The position numbers and the translations under genes are program-made. From an uncultured Poribacteria bacterium (GTDB lineage: Bacteria > Poribacteria > WGA-4E > WGA-3G): a stretch of DNA of 64,000 nucleotides. Where the stretch lies: NCBI GenBank assembly GCA_958296135.2, contig CATQHZ020000001.1:2304001-2368000 (forward strand). Reading direction: 5' to 3'. The notes beneath the pieces were generated by a model. That model ran no database searches. It worked only from the letters and a program-made list of their open reading frames with translations, and had not been told where the DNA came from. This document shows, piece after piece, positions 30,141 to 40,651 of the stretch; position 1 is the first letter of the stretch, and each line of letters begins with the position of its first letter.

Positions 30141-31751
30141 ATGAGAACCTTTTGGACGCAAGGCCGCGTCTACCCAGAAAGACACTATGTCGTCTCCCGC
30201 GAGGCGGAACTGGCCGATTTCATTGCCCGCGTGAAACAGGGAAAATACATCGTCCTCTTCGCACCACGGCAGACAGGCAAAACTACCTTCTTTCGATGGG
30301 CTTTTCAGCGGCTGATAGCAGCCGCACCCGTCTATTTGCCCATCCAACTCGATTTCCAAGTGTTCCGCAACGCATCGCCTGCGGAGTTCTACCGCTATCT
30401 CTATCGGGACATTCACGCGGAAATCCGAAAGGTATTCCGCCGACGCGGACAGGCACTGCCCGATACCCTCGCGCACTTTCTGGACAATACCACCCTCACC
30501 GACCACTTTTCAATGCTAGAGTTCTTTGAAGCACTCGGAAGGTTGCTGCCAGAGCAACGGGTTGTCATCGTCATCGACGAATTTGACGGCATCCCTCCTG
30601 CTGTCCTGAGCGATTTTCTGTATACCCTCCGCCGCATCTACCTCACCGATGATGAAGAAACGCCCCGCTGTCCCCACAGCGTCGGCATCACCGGCGTGCG
30701 AAGTGTGTCGCAACTCAACTACGACTGGGCTGTCTCGCCGTTTAACATCCAAGACGATTTCAGCCTGCCCAACTTCACCTTGGCACAAGTGCAGGAACTA
30801 TTCGGACAGTATACCGCCGAAGTGGGGCAAGCGTTCGCACCCGAAGTGCTGGAAAGTCTCCACAAACAGACTGGGGGACAACCGTTCCTTGTCAACCGCC
30901 TCGCGCAGATACTCACCGAGGAACTGGACATTCCAACCGCCGAGACAATCGGCATGGAGCACTTTTTAACGGCGCACAAGGAAATCCGGAGCGAACGGAA
31001 CGTCAACGTGCTACACCTCACGACGAATGTCCGCAGAAATCCACGCTTTCAACGCGTCCTGATGCGAATTACGTCCGAGGATGACGGCATGGAATTCAAC
31101 CTCTATGATGATGTCATCAGCGAGCTCGCCACCTACGGTGTCATCAAAAAAAGCAGGGACGATAGATGCGAAATCGCCAATCCGATTTATCTCTTCTGCA
31201 TCTTGCAAACCTTCAAGCCGACGATTAACGGCCTGGAACAGGAATACTACCCACAGGACACCGGCAACGGCTATCACGACTATCTCACCCCTGCAGGCGG
31301 CATTGACATGGCAGCACTGCTAGATAACTTTCGAGACTTCATCGCACGCGCCGGATTTCGCATCCTGCAAGTACCACAGACACCCACAGAACACGTCGGA
31401 CAATACCTACTGTTTGCCTATCTCGACCAGTTCGTACGGCAAGCACACGGCACCATGCTCCTGGAAGTGCAAACCGGGCGCGGCCGAGCAGACCTGGTCA
31501 TCTTCCACCAAGGACAGAAGCATATCGTGGAAACAAAGATTTGGCAAGGCGAAAAATCGCATCAAGCCGGCAAGCAGCAGCTCGCCGCCTATCGCCAACT
31601 GGAAGGCGCACAGGCAGGATATTACGTCGTGTTCGATCATCGCCAAACACCGGTGCCGCGCATGGAAACCGAACACCTTGACGGCATGACGATTCGGAGC
31701 TATGTCATACCTGTCCTCCAAGAACAGCCATCGACACGGGGAACCGCTTAG
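30141..31751 (+). CDS. AAA-like ATPase with C-terminal PD-(D/E)XK-like domain, copy 1
   Basis: Walker A APRQTGKT, Walker B VIVIDEFD, TGGQPFLVN, C-terminal E...GRADL...VETK..Q; own promoter-like TTGATT-17-TATAAT and AAGGAG SD. Confidence 0.85.
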   Translation: MRTFWTQGRVYPERHYVVSREAELADFIARVKQGKYIVLFAPRQTGKTTFFRWAFQRLIAAAPVYLPIQLDFQVFRNASPAEFYRYLYRDIHAEIRKVFRRRGQALPDTLAHFLDNTTLTDHFSMLEFFEALGRLLPEQRVVIVIDEFDGIPPAVLSDFLYTLRRIYLTDDEETPRCPHSVGITGVRSVSQLNYDWAVSPFNIQDDFSLPNFTLAQVQELFGQYTAEVGQAFAPEVLESLHKQTGGQPFLVNRLAQILTEELDIPTAETIGMEHFLTAHKEIRSERNVNVLHLTTNVRRNPRFQRVLMRITSEDDGMEFNLYDDVISELATYGVIKKSRDDRCEIANPIYLFCILQTFKPTINGLEQEYYPQDTGNGYHDYLTPAGGIDMAALLDNFRDFIARAGFRILQVPQTPTEHVGQYLLFAYLDQFVRQAHGTMLLEVQTGRGRADLVIFHQGQKHIVETKIWQGEKSHQAGKQQLAAYRQLEGAQAGYYVVFDHRQTPVPRMETEHLDGMTIRSYVIPVLQEQPSTRGTA

Positions 31752-31945
31752 AATCGGATTGCAGACAAACGCGGACGACTCAGGTGGGGATTCGCCCGAA
31801 CCGGACTGCGATGCAGCGAAGCCATCGCAAACTACCGAAAATAAGCACGAAACCGCTCTGGCTTGTCCCCACAATTCTCTTGACTTTATTCCGGCAAATG
31901 GATACAATATTTAAAGAAAAAATACCGCAACAAGGAGCCACCCTG

Positions 31946-33556
31946 ATGAGAACCTTTTGGACGCAAGGCCGCGTCTATCCTGAAAAACACTATGTCGTCT
32001 CCCGCGAGGCGGAACTGGCCGATTTCATTGCCCGCGTGAAACAGGGAAAATACATCGTCCTCTTCGCACCACGGCAGACAGGCAAAACTACCTTCTTTCG
32101 ATGGGCTTTTCAGCGGCTGATAGCGGCGGCACCCGCTTATTTGCCCATCCAACTCGATTTCCAAGTGTTTCGCAACGCATCGCCTGCGGAGTTCTACCGC
32201 TATCTCTATCGGGACATTCACAAGGAAATCCGAAAGGTATTCCGCCGACGCGGACAGGCACTGCCCGATACCCTCGCGCACTTTCTGGACAATACCACCC
32301 TCACAGACCACTTTTCAATGCTAGAGTTCTTTGAAGAGCTCGGAAGGTTGCTGCCAGAACAGCAGGTCGTCATCGTCATCGACGAGTTTGACGGCATCCC
32401 CCCTGCCGTCCTGAGTGATTTTCTGTATACTCTCCGCCGCATCTACCTCGCCGATGATGAAGAAACGCCCCGCTGTCCCCACAGCGTCGGCATCACCGGC
32501 GTGAGGAGTGTGTCGCAACTCAACTACGACTGGTCTGTCTCGCCGTTTAATATCCAAGACGATTTCAGCCTGCCCAACTTCACCTTGGCACAAGTGCAGG
32601 AACTGTTCGGACAGTATACCGCCGAAGTGGGGCAAGCGTTCGCGCCCGAAGTGCTGGAAAGTCTCCACAAACAGACTGGGGGACAACCGTTCCTTGTCAA
32701 CCGCCTCGCGCAGATACTCACCGAGGAACTAGACATTCCAACCGCCGAGACAATCGGCATGGAGCACTTTTTAACGGCGCACACGCACATCCTTGAAGAA
32801 CGCAACGTCAATATCACGCACCTCACTACCAATGTTCGTCGGAACCCGCGCTTTCAACGCGTCTTGATGCGAATCACGTCCTACGATGATAGCCAGCACT
32901 TCAATCTGGACGATCCAGTCATTAGCGAACTTGCTACCTACGGAGTTATCAAACGCGGCGATGACCGGAAGTGCGAGATTGCCAACCCCATTTATTTATA
33001 CCGTATCCTACAAACCTTCAAGCCGACGATTAACGGCCTGGAACAGGAATACTACCCACAGGACACCGGCAACGGCTATCACGACTATCTCACCCCTGCA
33101 GGCGGCATTGACATGGCAGCACTGCTAGATAACTTTCGAGACTTCATCGCACGCGCCGGATTTCGCATCCTGCAAGTACCACAAACACCCACGGAACACG
33201 TCGGACAATACCTGCTGTTTGCCTATCTAGACCAGTTCGTACGGCAAATACACGCCACCATGCTCCTGGAAGTGCAAACCGGGCGCGGCCGAGCAGACCT
33301 GGTGCTCTTTCACCAAGGACAGAAGTATATCGTGGAAACAAAGATTTGGCAAGGCGAAAAATCGCATCAAGCCGGCAAGCAGCAGCTCGCTGCCTATCTC
33401 CAACTGGAAGGCGCGCAGGCAGGATATTACGTCGTGTTCGATCATCGCCAAACACCGGTGCCGCGCATGGAAACCGAACACCTTGAGGGACTGACGATTC
33501 GGAGCTATGTCATACCTGTCCTCCAAGAACAGCCATCGACACGGGGAACCCCTTAG
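31946..33556 (+). CDS. AAA-like ATPase with C-terminal PD-(D/E)XK-like domain, copy 2
   Basis: Near-identical to copy 1 including upstream TTGACT-17-TACAAT and SD. Confidence 0.85.
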   Translation: MRTFWTQGRVYPEKHYVVSREAELADFIARVKQGKYIVLFAPRQTGKTTFFRWAFQRLIAAAPAYLPIQLDFQVFRNASPAEFYRYLYRDIHKEIRKVFRRRGQALPDTLAHFLDNTTLTDHFSMLEFFEELGRLLPEQQVVIVIDEFDGIPPAVLSDFLYTLRRIYLADDEETPRCPHSVGITGVRSVSQLNYDWSVSPFNIQDDFSLPNFTLAQVQELFGQYTAEVGQAFAPEVLESLHKQTGGQPFLVNRLAQILTEELDIPTAETIGMEHFLTAHTHILEERNVNITHLTTNVRRNPRFQRVLMRITSYDDSQHFNLDDPVISELATYGVIKRGDDRKCEIANPIYLYRILQTFKPTINGLEQEYYPQDTGNGYHDYLTPAGGIDMAALLDNFRDFIARAGFRILQVPQTPTEHVGQYLLFAYLDQFVRQIHATMLLEVQTGRGRADLVLFHQGQKYIVETKIWQGEKSHQAGKQQLAAYLQLEGAQAGYYVVFDHRQTPVPRMETEHLEGLTIRSYVIPVLQEQPSTRGTP

Positions 33557-33832
33557 AATGCAGATTGCAGACAAACGCGGACGACTCAGGTTTCAAGGTT
33601 CGCTCACCCGCTTGTGCGGGCGGATAGAGACATCCGCCCTGACAAGCCCCGTTCCGCTCAACTTAACTATTCTGTGCGAATGTGGTATCTTATGAGCAAT
33701 TTCAAAACCGCGCCGGTCGGGTTTTGCCAAGCACCACAGGGCTCCGTTAAAATGAAAAGCCCACAGCTGAGCCGCGGGCATGTCTGTTTTGCCTACTTTT
33801 TCAGCAAGAATTTCCTATTTTTTGTGCAACAC

Positions 33833-33950
33833 CGTAGGAGAAACCTCCCGCGTCTCGATACCTCCCCGGTAGGAGAGACCTCCCGGTCTCGATGCTTTCC
33901 TTTCCCGGTAGGAGAGACTCCCGGTATCGATGCTTTCCCGCGCCTCGATG
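33833..33950. repeat. REP-like cluster
   Basis: Three copies of gtaggaga[a/g]ac...cccg..tc..gat. Confidence 0.7.
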
Positions 33951-33951
33951 T

Positions 33952-34617
33952 TCATTCAACGCGCGCCACCGCGTAGATACAGACTGTTGCAGTCTTTTCG
34001 TCAAATTCAACCCGACAAACGGATTTCCGATAGGTAAACCCGTTGTCACAGATAAGATCGAAGAACCCGAGGGCATTGGTGCGATTCGGCTCGGAAAAGA
34101 GCGCGATGCCGTCAGGCGCGAGGAGTCCTTGGAGCAACCTCATAATCGGTTGCCAGTGATGTTCTTCATAGATGACATCGGAGGCGAGAATATGTGAAAA
34201 CGGCTTATCAAAACACGGGAACTCCCAATCCATCTGGACAAAAACCGCGCGGTTTCCAACACCGTTTTGTCGCGCGTTGTGTCGGGTGAATAGGAGTGCC
34301 TCTTGTTCTGCGTCCGTGAAGACAACTTCCGCGCCATTTTGACAGGCGACAATTCCTGTGAGTCCAAAGCCGCACCCGATTTCTAGGACGCATTGCCCGG
34401 CAAGCGTTTCGCCTAATTTCTCGATATGGCGCGCCAAGCCGATGGAAGCCTCCCAAAGGTAAGTCCAATAGGGAAGATAGAGTCTACCTTCGCTATCTTC
34501 TCGGCTGAGCTGCTCAAGGAACCAGTCGGGCTTTTCGATGGTGGTTAACCGAATGCTTCTGCTTTTCAGCAAGATAGTCCTCTCGGTTAGCGGATAATCT
34601 TGCAATATTCTGTTCAT
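33952..34617 (-). CDS. Class I SAM-dependent methyltransferase (Methyltransf_16/METTL21-like)
   Basis: PYWTYLW, VLEIGCGFGLTG, VFTD, MDW, ILASDVIYE. Confidence 0.85.
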   Translation of the reverse strand: MNRILQDYPLTERTILLKSRSIRLTTIEKPDWFLEQLSREDSEGRLYLPYWTYLWEASIGLARHIEKLGETLAGQCVLEIGCGFGLTGIVACQNGAEVVFTDAEQEALLFTRHNARQNGVGNRAVFVQMDWEFPCFDKPFSHILASDVIYEEHHWQPIMRLLQGLLAPDGIALFSEPNRTNALGFFDLICDNGFTYRKSVCRVEFDEKTATVCIYAVARVE

Positions 34618-34673
34618 ATCGTCTTCACAATAGCCTACGCGAGGGGAACCCTCGCGCAGCCACCCGCCTACCG

Positions 34674-36596
34674 TCAAATAAAAATCTTATAGGTGCGCAA
34701 CCCCAGCGCAGGGCCAATAATTGCCCACAGACTGCCGATGACGTAATCGCCCAAAATCAATCCTAAAAACAGCGGCGCAACGCGGCGATGCAACTTCAGT
34801 CCACCGTGCCGCAAAATCATCAACTTCAGGAACCACGCCACGAAGAACGCGAACCAGAAGTAGTCCATCGCGAAACTAATCGCTAGGGCGTAACCCGCCG
34901 GGTGAAAGGGCCACCACAGGAAATGCATCCGCATATACATCATCAGAAATGTCAACAAGCCGCCGATACCCATGAACCCAATCCCGGTCCAGTTGGGTTC
35001 TGCAGGGTTGTGCAGCCAGCGTTGGAGTCGGCTGAAAGATTCTCTGCCTACCCAGCCTTTGAAGCCGCCCGCTTTCGCAATCGCGCCGTTTCGGAAGGTG
35101 ATGTCCAGATTCGCCCAGAACGTCGCGAGAATACCGACGATGATGGCAATCAGCATCGCTATCCACAGCCGCCGATTGCCCATCCCTGTTGATTCAGCGA
35201 TTTTAAACGCCTCAATCTGATTCGGCATCGGATGATTGCGGTAACCGCGATTGAACCAGTAGAATAGCGACATAATTGTGAGGCTACTCGTGTCAAACTG
35301 CCGAGTACCGCCGACGGTTGCCAGCATATCGTGTGGATTGACGTAGTAGATCTCGTGCGGCGTGCCAAGCTCCGCGCGCACCCGCGTAATCGCAAAGGAG
35401 AGTAAAAAATAGATGCCGAAGAAGAGCCCCGCAACCCATAACGCCATCCCCGCAGCGGTGACAAAAATGCCAAGCGCGATGAGCGAACCGACAATGCCGA
35501 GTAACGCAGCGCGATACGGCATCGGCTCATCTGAATCGTCCAGAGACGAATTGAAGCCGAACGCCTTTTTCAGCACCTCTATCAGGTGCCGGCGCGTTAC
35601 CCACACGGCAAGCAGAAACAGCGCAATCCACGCACCATACGCTTGCTCGTTGAGCGCGGGGAAATAGCGCGTACCGAGAGCCGCACCGATGACAAATTCG
35701 GCTAACCGCACCACGAAGAAAAACCAGCACGAAAACGAAAGATCCAAGGGGAGAAAGAAGGCTAACCCTACCGCAAACGGATAAACGGAGATGCGAGTAC
35801 CACGAATCACGTTCCACGGCCGATCGGTGAAGATATTTTGGAAGACCGCGGTGCGCTTGATATACGGAATCTCCGGAAACTGCGGAAACAGATAGTGAAT
35901 CCCGTTAATCACACCAATAACAAACGCGATGCTGAACCCTATCCACATCATCCGATTTTTCAGCAGCCTGATACCCCCATCTTCAGATAGCCCAAGAGGC
36001 AGTTGGATAATCGGATACGCCAACTTTTCGTGCTCTGTCCACCGCTTCCGAACAAGCGTATTGATGCACAGCATCATGAACATCATGATAAGGAAAAAGA
36101 GCCCCCAAAACGCAACCGGTTTTAACCACGTCAAAAAGTTATGGCTCGTGTAGAAAGATGCCTCGCCTTCGTAAAACCCTTGCAAACTTTGCGCGTCGTT
36201 GACGGTGAGCCAACTTGGAAGGTAACGAAAAAACAGCGTCTGCCACTCATTCTCCTCTGTCGCAAACCGAAACGGGTGCGCAATGCTGCCGAACATATTT
36301 TGCATCGTATCGTGCCCCGCAAACGTGCAGGAAATCGCCACCATAATGTAAATGCCCAACAACTCTCCCTGCTGGAGCATAGCCCGCGGCGCAAAGCGTT
36401 TCAGCACACAATTCAGCACCACACACACGAAAAGGATGAAAACCGGTTGGATAAAAAGCGGCAGGCATGAACCGTCTAGCGAGTAGTACTTCACCTCAAC
36501 CAGCGTCATCCAATAGACGTTAATCGGAATGAATAAAACGCCCAAGATGAGCGCGCGGCCCGTAATATTTGATGAGGTGCCCGAGGAGTTTTTCAT
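34674..36596 (-). CDS. Polytopic membrane protein, putative transporter (DUF6785/DUF6784-like)
   Basis: Many TM segments; EKLAYPI, RVRAELG, WWPFHPAGY, LFLGLILGD. Confidence 0.7.
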   Translation of the reverse strand: MKNSSGTSSNITGRALILGVLFIPINVYWMTLVEVKYYSLDGSCLPLFIQPVFILFVCVVLNCVLKRFAPRAMLQQGELLGIYIMVAISCTFAGHDTMQNMFGSIAHPFRFATEENEWQTLFFRYLPSWLTVNDAQSLQGFYEGEASFYTSHNFLTWLKPVAFWGLFFLIMMFMMLCINTLVRKRWTEHEKLAYPIIQLPLGLSEDGGIRLLKNRMMWIGFSIAFVIGVINGIHYLFPQFPEIPYIKRTAVFQNIFTDRPWNVIRGTRISVYPFAVGLAFFLPLDLSFSCWFFFVVRLAEFVIGAALGTRYFPALNEQAYGAWIALFLLAVWVTRRHLIEVLKKAFGFNSSLDDSDEPMPYRAALLGIVGSLIALGIFVTAAGMALWVAGLFFGIYFLLSFAITRVRAELGTPHEIYYVNPHDMLATVGGTRQFDTSSLTIMSLFYWFNRGYRNHPMPNQIEAFKIAESTGMGNRRLWIAMLIAIIVGILATFWANLDITFRNGAIAKAGGFKGWVGRESFSRLQRWLHNPAEPNWTGIGFMGIGGLLTFLMMYMRMHFLWWPFHPAGYALAISFAMDYFWFAFFVAWFLKLMILRHGGLKLHRRVAPLFLGLILGDYVIGSLWAIIGPALGLRTYKIFI

Positions 36597-36634
36597 AAAG
36601 TTGCAATACCAGCTTAATCACTCACGTTCTCATC

Positions 36635-37445
36635 CCGTAGCGCGGGGGCCGTCACGCCGAAACTTTGTCATCTCTGCCGCCTCGCTGCAGAGATGTCCAC
36701 TGTCCCCCGCGAGCGCGCCTCGATAGATCGATGCATGGCGAGGCACAGGACCTCGCCCTACGGTATCAGACAACCCCCCGGTGCCCGTAGCGCGGGGGCC
36801 TGTCCCCCGCGATCGTCCTTCGTCCCGTAGTGGCCTGTCCGCCGCGAACGTTTCTCGCTGGACCGATGCATGGCGAGGCACAGGACCGCGAACGCTTCTC
36901 GATGGACCGATGCATGGCGAGGCACAGGACCGCGCCCTACGGTATCAGACAACCCCCCGGTGCCCGTAGCGCGGGGGCCTGTCCCCCGCGATCGTTGGAT
37001 AGACCAAGAACGTTCTTGGCCCGTAGCGCGGGGGCCGTCACGCCGAAACGTTGTCATCTCTGCCGCCTCGCTGCAGAGATGTCCACTGTCCCCCGCGATC
37101 GTCCTTCGTCCCGTAGTGGCCTGTCCGCCGCGAACGTTTCTCGATAGACCGATGCAAGGCGAGGGACAGGCCCTCGCCCTACGGTGAAGTGGGATGTTCT
37201 TGTCCCCCGCGAACGCTTCCCGGTAACTCGATGCATGGCGAGGGGGAACCCTCGGCGATTCGCGCTCGCCGGGCCCTCGCCCTACGGTGAAGAAGGACGT
37301 TCGATAGCTCGATGCATGGCGAGGGGGAACCCTCGGCGATTCGCGCTCGCCGGGCCCTCGCCCTACGGTGAAGAAGGACGTTCGATAGATCGATACATGG
37401 CGAGGGACAGGCCCTCGCCCTACGGTGAAAAAGGACGTTCTTCGA
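36635..37445. repeat. Large composite REP cluster (BIME-like)
   Basis: About ten GTAG REP copies in both orientations, with higher-order direct repeats (36730-36814 vs 36910-36995; 81-bp units at 37227 and 37308). Confidence 0.9.
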
Positions 37446-37446
37446 T

Positions 37447-40400
37447 CTACGGGAAAAGCGACGGCAATTCCCCAACAAGCCGCACCGTCTCCACACTCAC
37501 ACGCATCACCTGCCCAAGCAACCGAACGATATATTGCGCATCCTCAACACGATTCGGATCCGCAACAATACCACTCCCATTCAGATCCGACTTCACCCGA
37601 TACTGATCGAGGACCCACTCTAATGCCGAACGCCGCCCCAACTGATAATCAAACACGGCCGGCGGAATATCCACTAGCGTCAACGATTCGTTGTAGCGCA
37701 CCTCGGTCTTGTCTTTTGACAACTTCATCTGTGCCACGCGCCAATTCAGCGGCACGCCGGGTGTCTCAACGACGTTTGGCAGCACATCAAGTGCTTCATA
37801 ATTGACATGCAAGTCTGCCAGTTGCCGCCCGATGTTCACGAACCCCCAGAACTCCGGGGCGAACGGGAGATGCGGTAAATCGTGCTTCAAGTTCACCTGA
37901 TACCGCTCGCGATAGTCATGATGATGCAGCACCGCGTAGTTGTAGTGGAAGATGTCCCACTTGGAGATGGTATCGTCGGCGTAGTGTGCGCGGAATTGTG
38001 CCACTGCCCAGTCGGTGATGTTTTCTCGGCGGTTGGTCCCGTCCTCATCGTAAATATAGAAAGGGAAGCACTGCGAATCACCCGTCAAATGGAGATCTGG
38101 AATCACGTTAGCCATCAGCGCGTGGAAAGATTGCGTTGAGCCTGGGGCCTTGACACAGATAACCCGATTTTCCTGTTCGGTTTCCTGTGTCGGGAAGATG
38201 GCGGGCATCACATTGACACGTTGGTTCATCAACCTGTCAAAATAGAGGTGCGATTTGGTAAACGGACGATAGAGAGATGTGCGAATCTTCTCGGCAGAGA
38301 ACGTCACCAACGTTCCTTTTTTCGCTGCAGTCTTCAGCCGGTCTGTCCACTTAATCTGGGTGCGCTCCTGACTCACAAAATCGGTGACGCTGATATCCCT
38401 GTCCATCCGCCGTTCCCATCTGCCAACTTCAGCGTTGTAGAACTCCATCATCCGAGACAGATTCTCTGTCAAGGCGCGTGCGTCGAAATTGTAAACCCAT
38501 GCATCACGGTTCGTCACCACGCCGAGACTATAAGTTTTAAAGAGCGTGCCTTCAACATCGCCTTTCGCTGCCTTTGCTTTCTTGGTGCCCATCGGGAGGA
38601 ACGTGTCAAAGTCGGGTTCGAGCCCCTCCGTGAGCCACAGCTGGCGCGCATTTGGCTGCAATTCGCGCCACGTCACATTCCCGATATGTTCGCGGGCTGC
38701 GAGAAACTGGAAGGTGCGTTCCTTCGACAAAGCGGCGGCTTCATCGGTATAGCGGATGCGCGCGATGCCCGCGCGTTGCTGCTTCGTTTTCACAAAGAAG
38801 TTGATGCTCACGCCGACTTGAATGCCGAACACGTTGGAATCTCCCTTTTGTCCCTTGCGGATGTTCCCACCCAGGTCGACGATGTGGAGCCAGTCGAATT
38901 CCTCGGCGAGACACTGCCGCATCCCATCGAACATCGCCGCATCCAGGAAACTGTTGTTCGTGATAAACGCGATGATGCCTTCTTCCCCGATTTTATCGGA
39001 TGCCCAGCGGAGAGATTTCACATACGGATCGTAGAGTTTGTTTTTCAGTTGCGCTGTCGAGGCGGCGGCATACGTGGCGCGGACGCGCGCATCAACTGCT
39101 TCGTGGGGCCGATTCTTGTTGTTATCATTCTCGTTCGCCTGACTCGCGTTATATGGCGGATTGCCGATGACGACAAACATCGGTGTGTCCTTCTGCTCTT
39201 TGACGCGCAGCGTGTTTTCCTGCGTGAGAAAGGCAAACTGCCCTGTCTGATGCGGCGTGTCCATGAGCCCGAAGGTATCAAACGTGTCAACGAAACAGAT
39301 ATGCTTAAAAGGTTCGTATCGCCCCATCTTTTCAAAATAGGCGTGTTCGATGTTCATCGTGGCGATGTAGTAGGGGAGCAGCATCACCTCGTTGCAATGC
39401 AATTCGCCGCGATACTTTTTGTCCAGGGCGATGCCGGGGATTTCCTGCATGAGGCGCACGATGAAGTTGCCGGTGCCGACAAACGGATCGATGATGTGAA
39501 CGCCTGTATCGGCAAGCGATTTGCCGAAATGGGTTTTCAAGAGATGTTGGACGCTGTTCACCATGAAATCGACGATGGGTTGCGGGGTGTAGACGATGCC
39601 GTGCCGGTCTGCATCCTTGACAGAGAAGCCCTGAAAAAAGCGTTGATACAGCGTGTTGAGGAAGTCCTGTTTCTGGGAGAACTCTGTCAAGGTGCTGGCG
39701 GTTTTCTCAATGGCCGAGTAAAAGGGATTCAGTTCGTTGAAAAAGTGCGTTCTATCAAAGGCGTGCCGAGTGAGCACGTCAATGACGTTCTCTATCTCGC
39801 GGGCGATAATATTGCGGCGGGTGAAGTCGCGGTTATTGAATACGGTGGCGAAGATGCGTTCCGTCATGAGGTGTTGCGCGAGCATCCGTTCGACTTCGGT
39901 TTCGGCGAGGTTGGGGTTGATTGCGTTTCTGCATTGGCGATGGAAGTTCGCGAACGCCTCGCGGAAGTCGGGGGTGTTCTGGCGTTCGGTTTGGATGAGT
40001 GCTTCGAGTCTCGCGCCGAGCTCGGGGATGGTATCTTGGAAAGTGTCCACGGCTGCGTCCCAGTCGGCGAGGTTTTCTTCGGTGTAAGCGAAGAAGCTCT
40101 CGAGCAGCTGGACAAGATTGCGCGGTTCAGTGATGTCCAAGTCCAGCACGAGCGAACCGTTTTGGTAGAGAATGGCGCGGTGCGGGGTTTGGAAGATGAT
40201 ATTTTTGGCGGGATAGCCGGTTGTCAACTTCTGTTGCACTTCGGCGGGGAGCTCATCGAGCAGGTCCTTCGCTTCCCAATGCCCGAAGACTAAGCCGAAG
40301 TCGGTGACGATTTCGCCATCAATGCGAATGTGGTTTCCGTTAGGGGTGGTGCGCGTCTGCTCGCAGATAAGCGTGAGCGTGCGTTGTCCGCAATAGTGTT

Positions 40401-40521
40401 GCAGCAAGTTCTGGAAGGCGACGCGGACGGCTCCTTCGTGTTGTGCGCCGAGGTGTGTATACTGTCCGAGTTCGGCGTAGTAGGTTTTGATGGGTTTGTG
40501 CGTGGGTTTGATGCTGAGCAT
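37447..40521 (-). CDS. Type ISP-like restriction-modification protein (nuclease + N6-adenine MTase + ISP-type C-terminal specificity domain, no helicase)
   Basis: N-terminal IDG...WEAKD; GIVYTP, IDPFVGTGNF, VIGNPPY; GVVTNRDAWVY, YRPFTK, DIFHYNYAVLH, SALEWVLDQY. Confidence 0.85.
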   Translation of the reverse strand: MLSIKPTHKPIKTYYAELGQYTHLGAQHEGAVRVAFQNLLQHYCGQRTLTLICEQTRTTPNGNHIRIDGEIVTDFGLVFGHWEAKDLLDELPAEVQQKLTTGYPAKNIIFQTPHRAILYQNGSLVLDLDITEPRNLVQLLESFFAYTEENLADWDAAVDTFQDTIPELGARLEALIQTERQNTPDFREAFANFHRQCRNAINPNLAETEVERMLAQHLMTERIFATVFNNRDFTRRNIIAREIENVIDVLTRHAFDRTHFFNELNPFYSAIEKTASTLTEFSQKQDFLNTLYQRFFQGFSVKDADRHGIVYTPQPIVDFMVNSVQHLLKTHFGKSLADTGVHIIDPFVGTGNFIVRLMQEIPGIALDKKYRGELHCNEVMLLPYYIATMNIEHAYFEKMGRYEPFKHICFVDTFDTFGLMDTPHQTGQFAFLTQENTLRVKEQKDTPMFVVIGNPPYNASQANENDNNKNRPHEAVDARVRATYAAASTAQLKNKLYDPYVKSLRWASDKIGEEGIIAFITNNSFLDAAMFDGMRQCLAEEFDWLHIVDLGGNIRKGQKGDSNVFGIQVGVSINFFVKTKQQRAGIARIRYTDEAAALSKERTFQFLAAREHIGNVTWRELQPNARQLWLTEGLEPDFDTFLPMGTKKAKAAKGDVEGTLFKTYSLGVVTNRDAWVYNFDARALTENLSRMMEFYNAEVGRWERRMDRDISVTDFVSQERTQIKWTDRLKTAAKKGTLVTFSAEKIRTSLYRPFTKSHLYFDRLMNQRVNVMPAIFPTQETEQENRVICVKAPGSTQSFHALMANVIPDLHLTGDSQCFPFYIYDEDGTNRRENITDWAVAQFRAHYADDTISKWDIFHYNYAVLHHHDYRERYQVNLKHDLPHLPFAPEFWGFVNIGRQLADLHVNYEALDVLPNVVETPGVPLNWRVAQMKLSKDKTEVRYNESLTLVDIPPAVFDYQLGRRSALEWVLDQYRVKSDLNGSGIVADPNRVEDAQYIVRLLGQVMRVSVETVRLVGELPSLFP

Positions 40522-40651
40522 CCGTTTCTCTCCGCGGTTTTGTTAATGTTTTGGCAATGATAGCATCATTCGTGAAAAATCGCAAGAGGCAGCACCCTTT
40601 GCCCTTTTCTCGTAGAGCGGTAGCCTGTCCCCCGCGCGCCCTTGGCACAAA

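Noticed and set aside
30050-33590. Diversity-generating retroelement (also considered for the 51-56 kb array)
   Set aside because: No reverse transcriptase; differences are not visibly adenine-specific; copies are full genes rather than TR/VR pairs.
34247-34264. REP remnant (gcgcggtttccaac) within the methyltransferase
   Set aside because: Only 14 nt and no obvious length insertion; may be chance.
36630-37606. Short ORFs across the REP cluster
   Set aside because: Translations of palindromic repeats (RGTGPRAT-type peptides), with no SD or domain evidence.
38221-40293. 690-aa plus-strand ORF (and many similar antisense ORFs, e.g. 17-874, 10744-11799, 19099-20010)
   Set aside because: Antisense shadows of real minus-strand genes in GC-rich DNA; no recognisable motifs.
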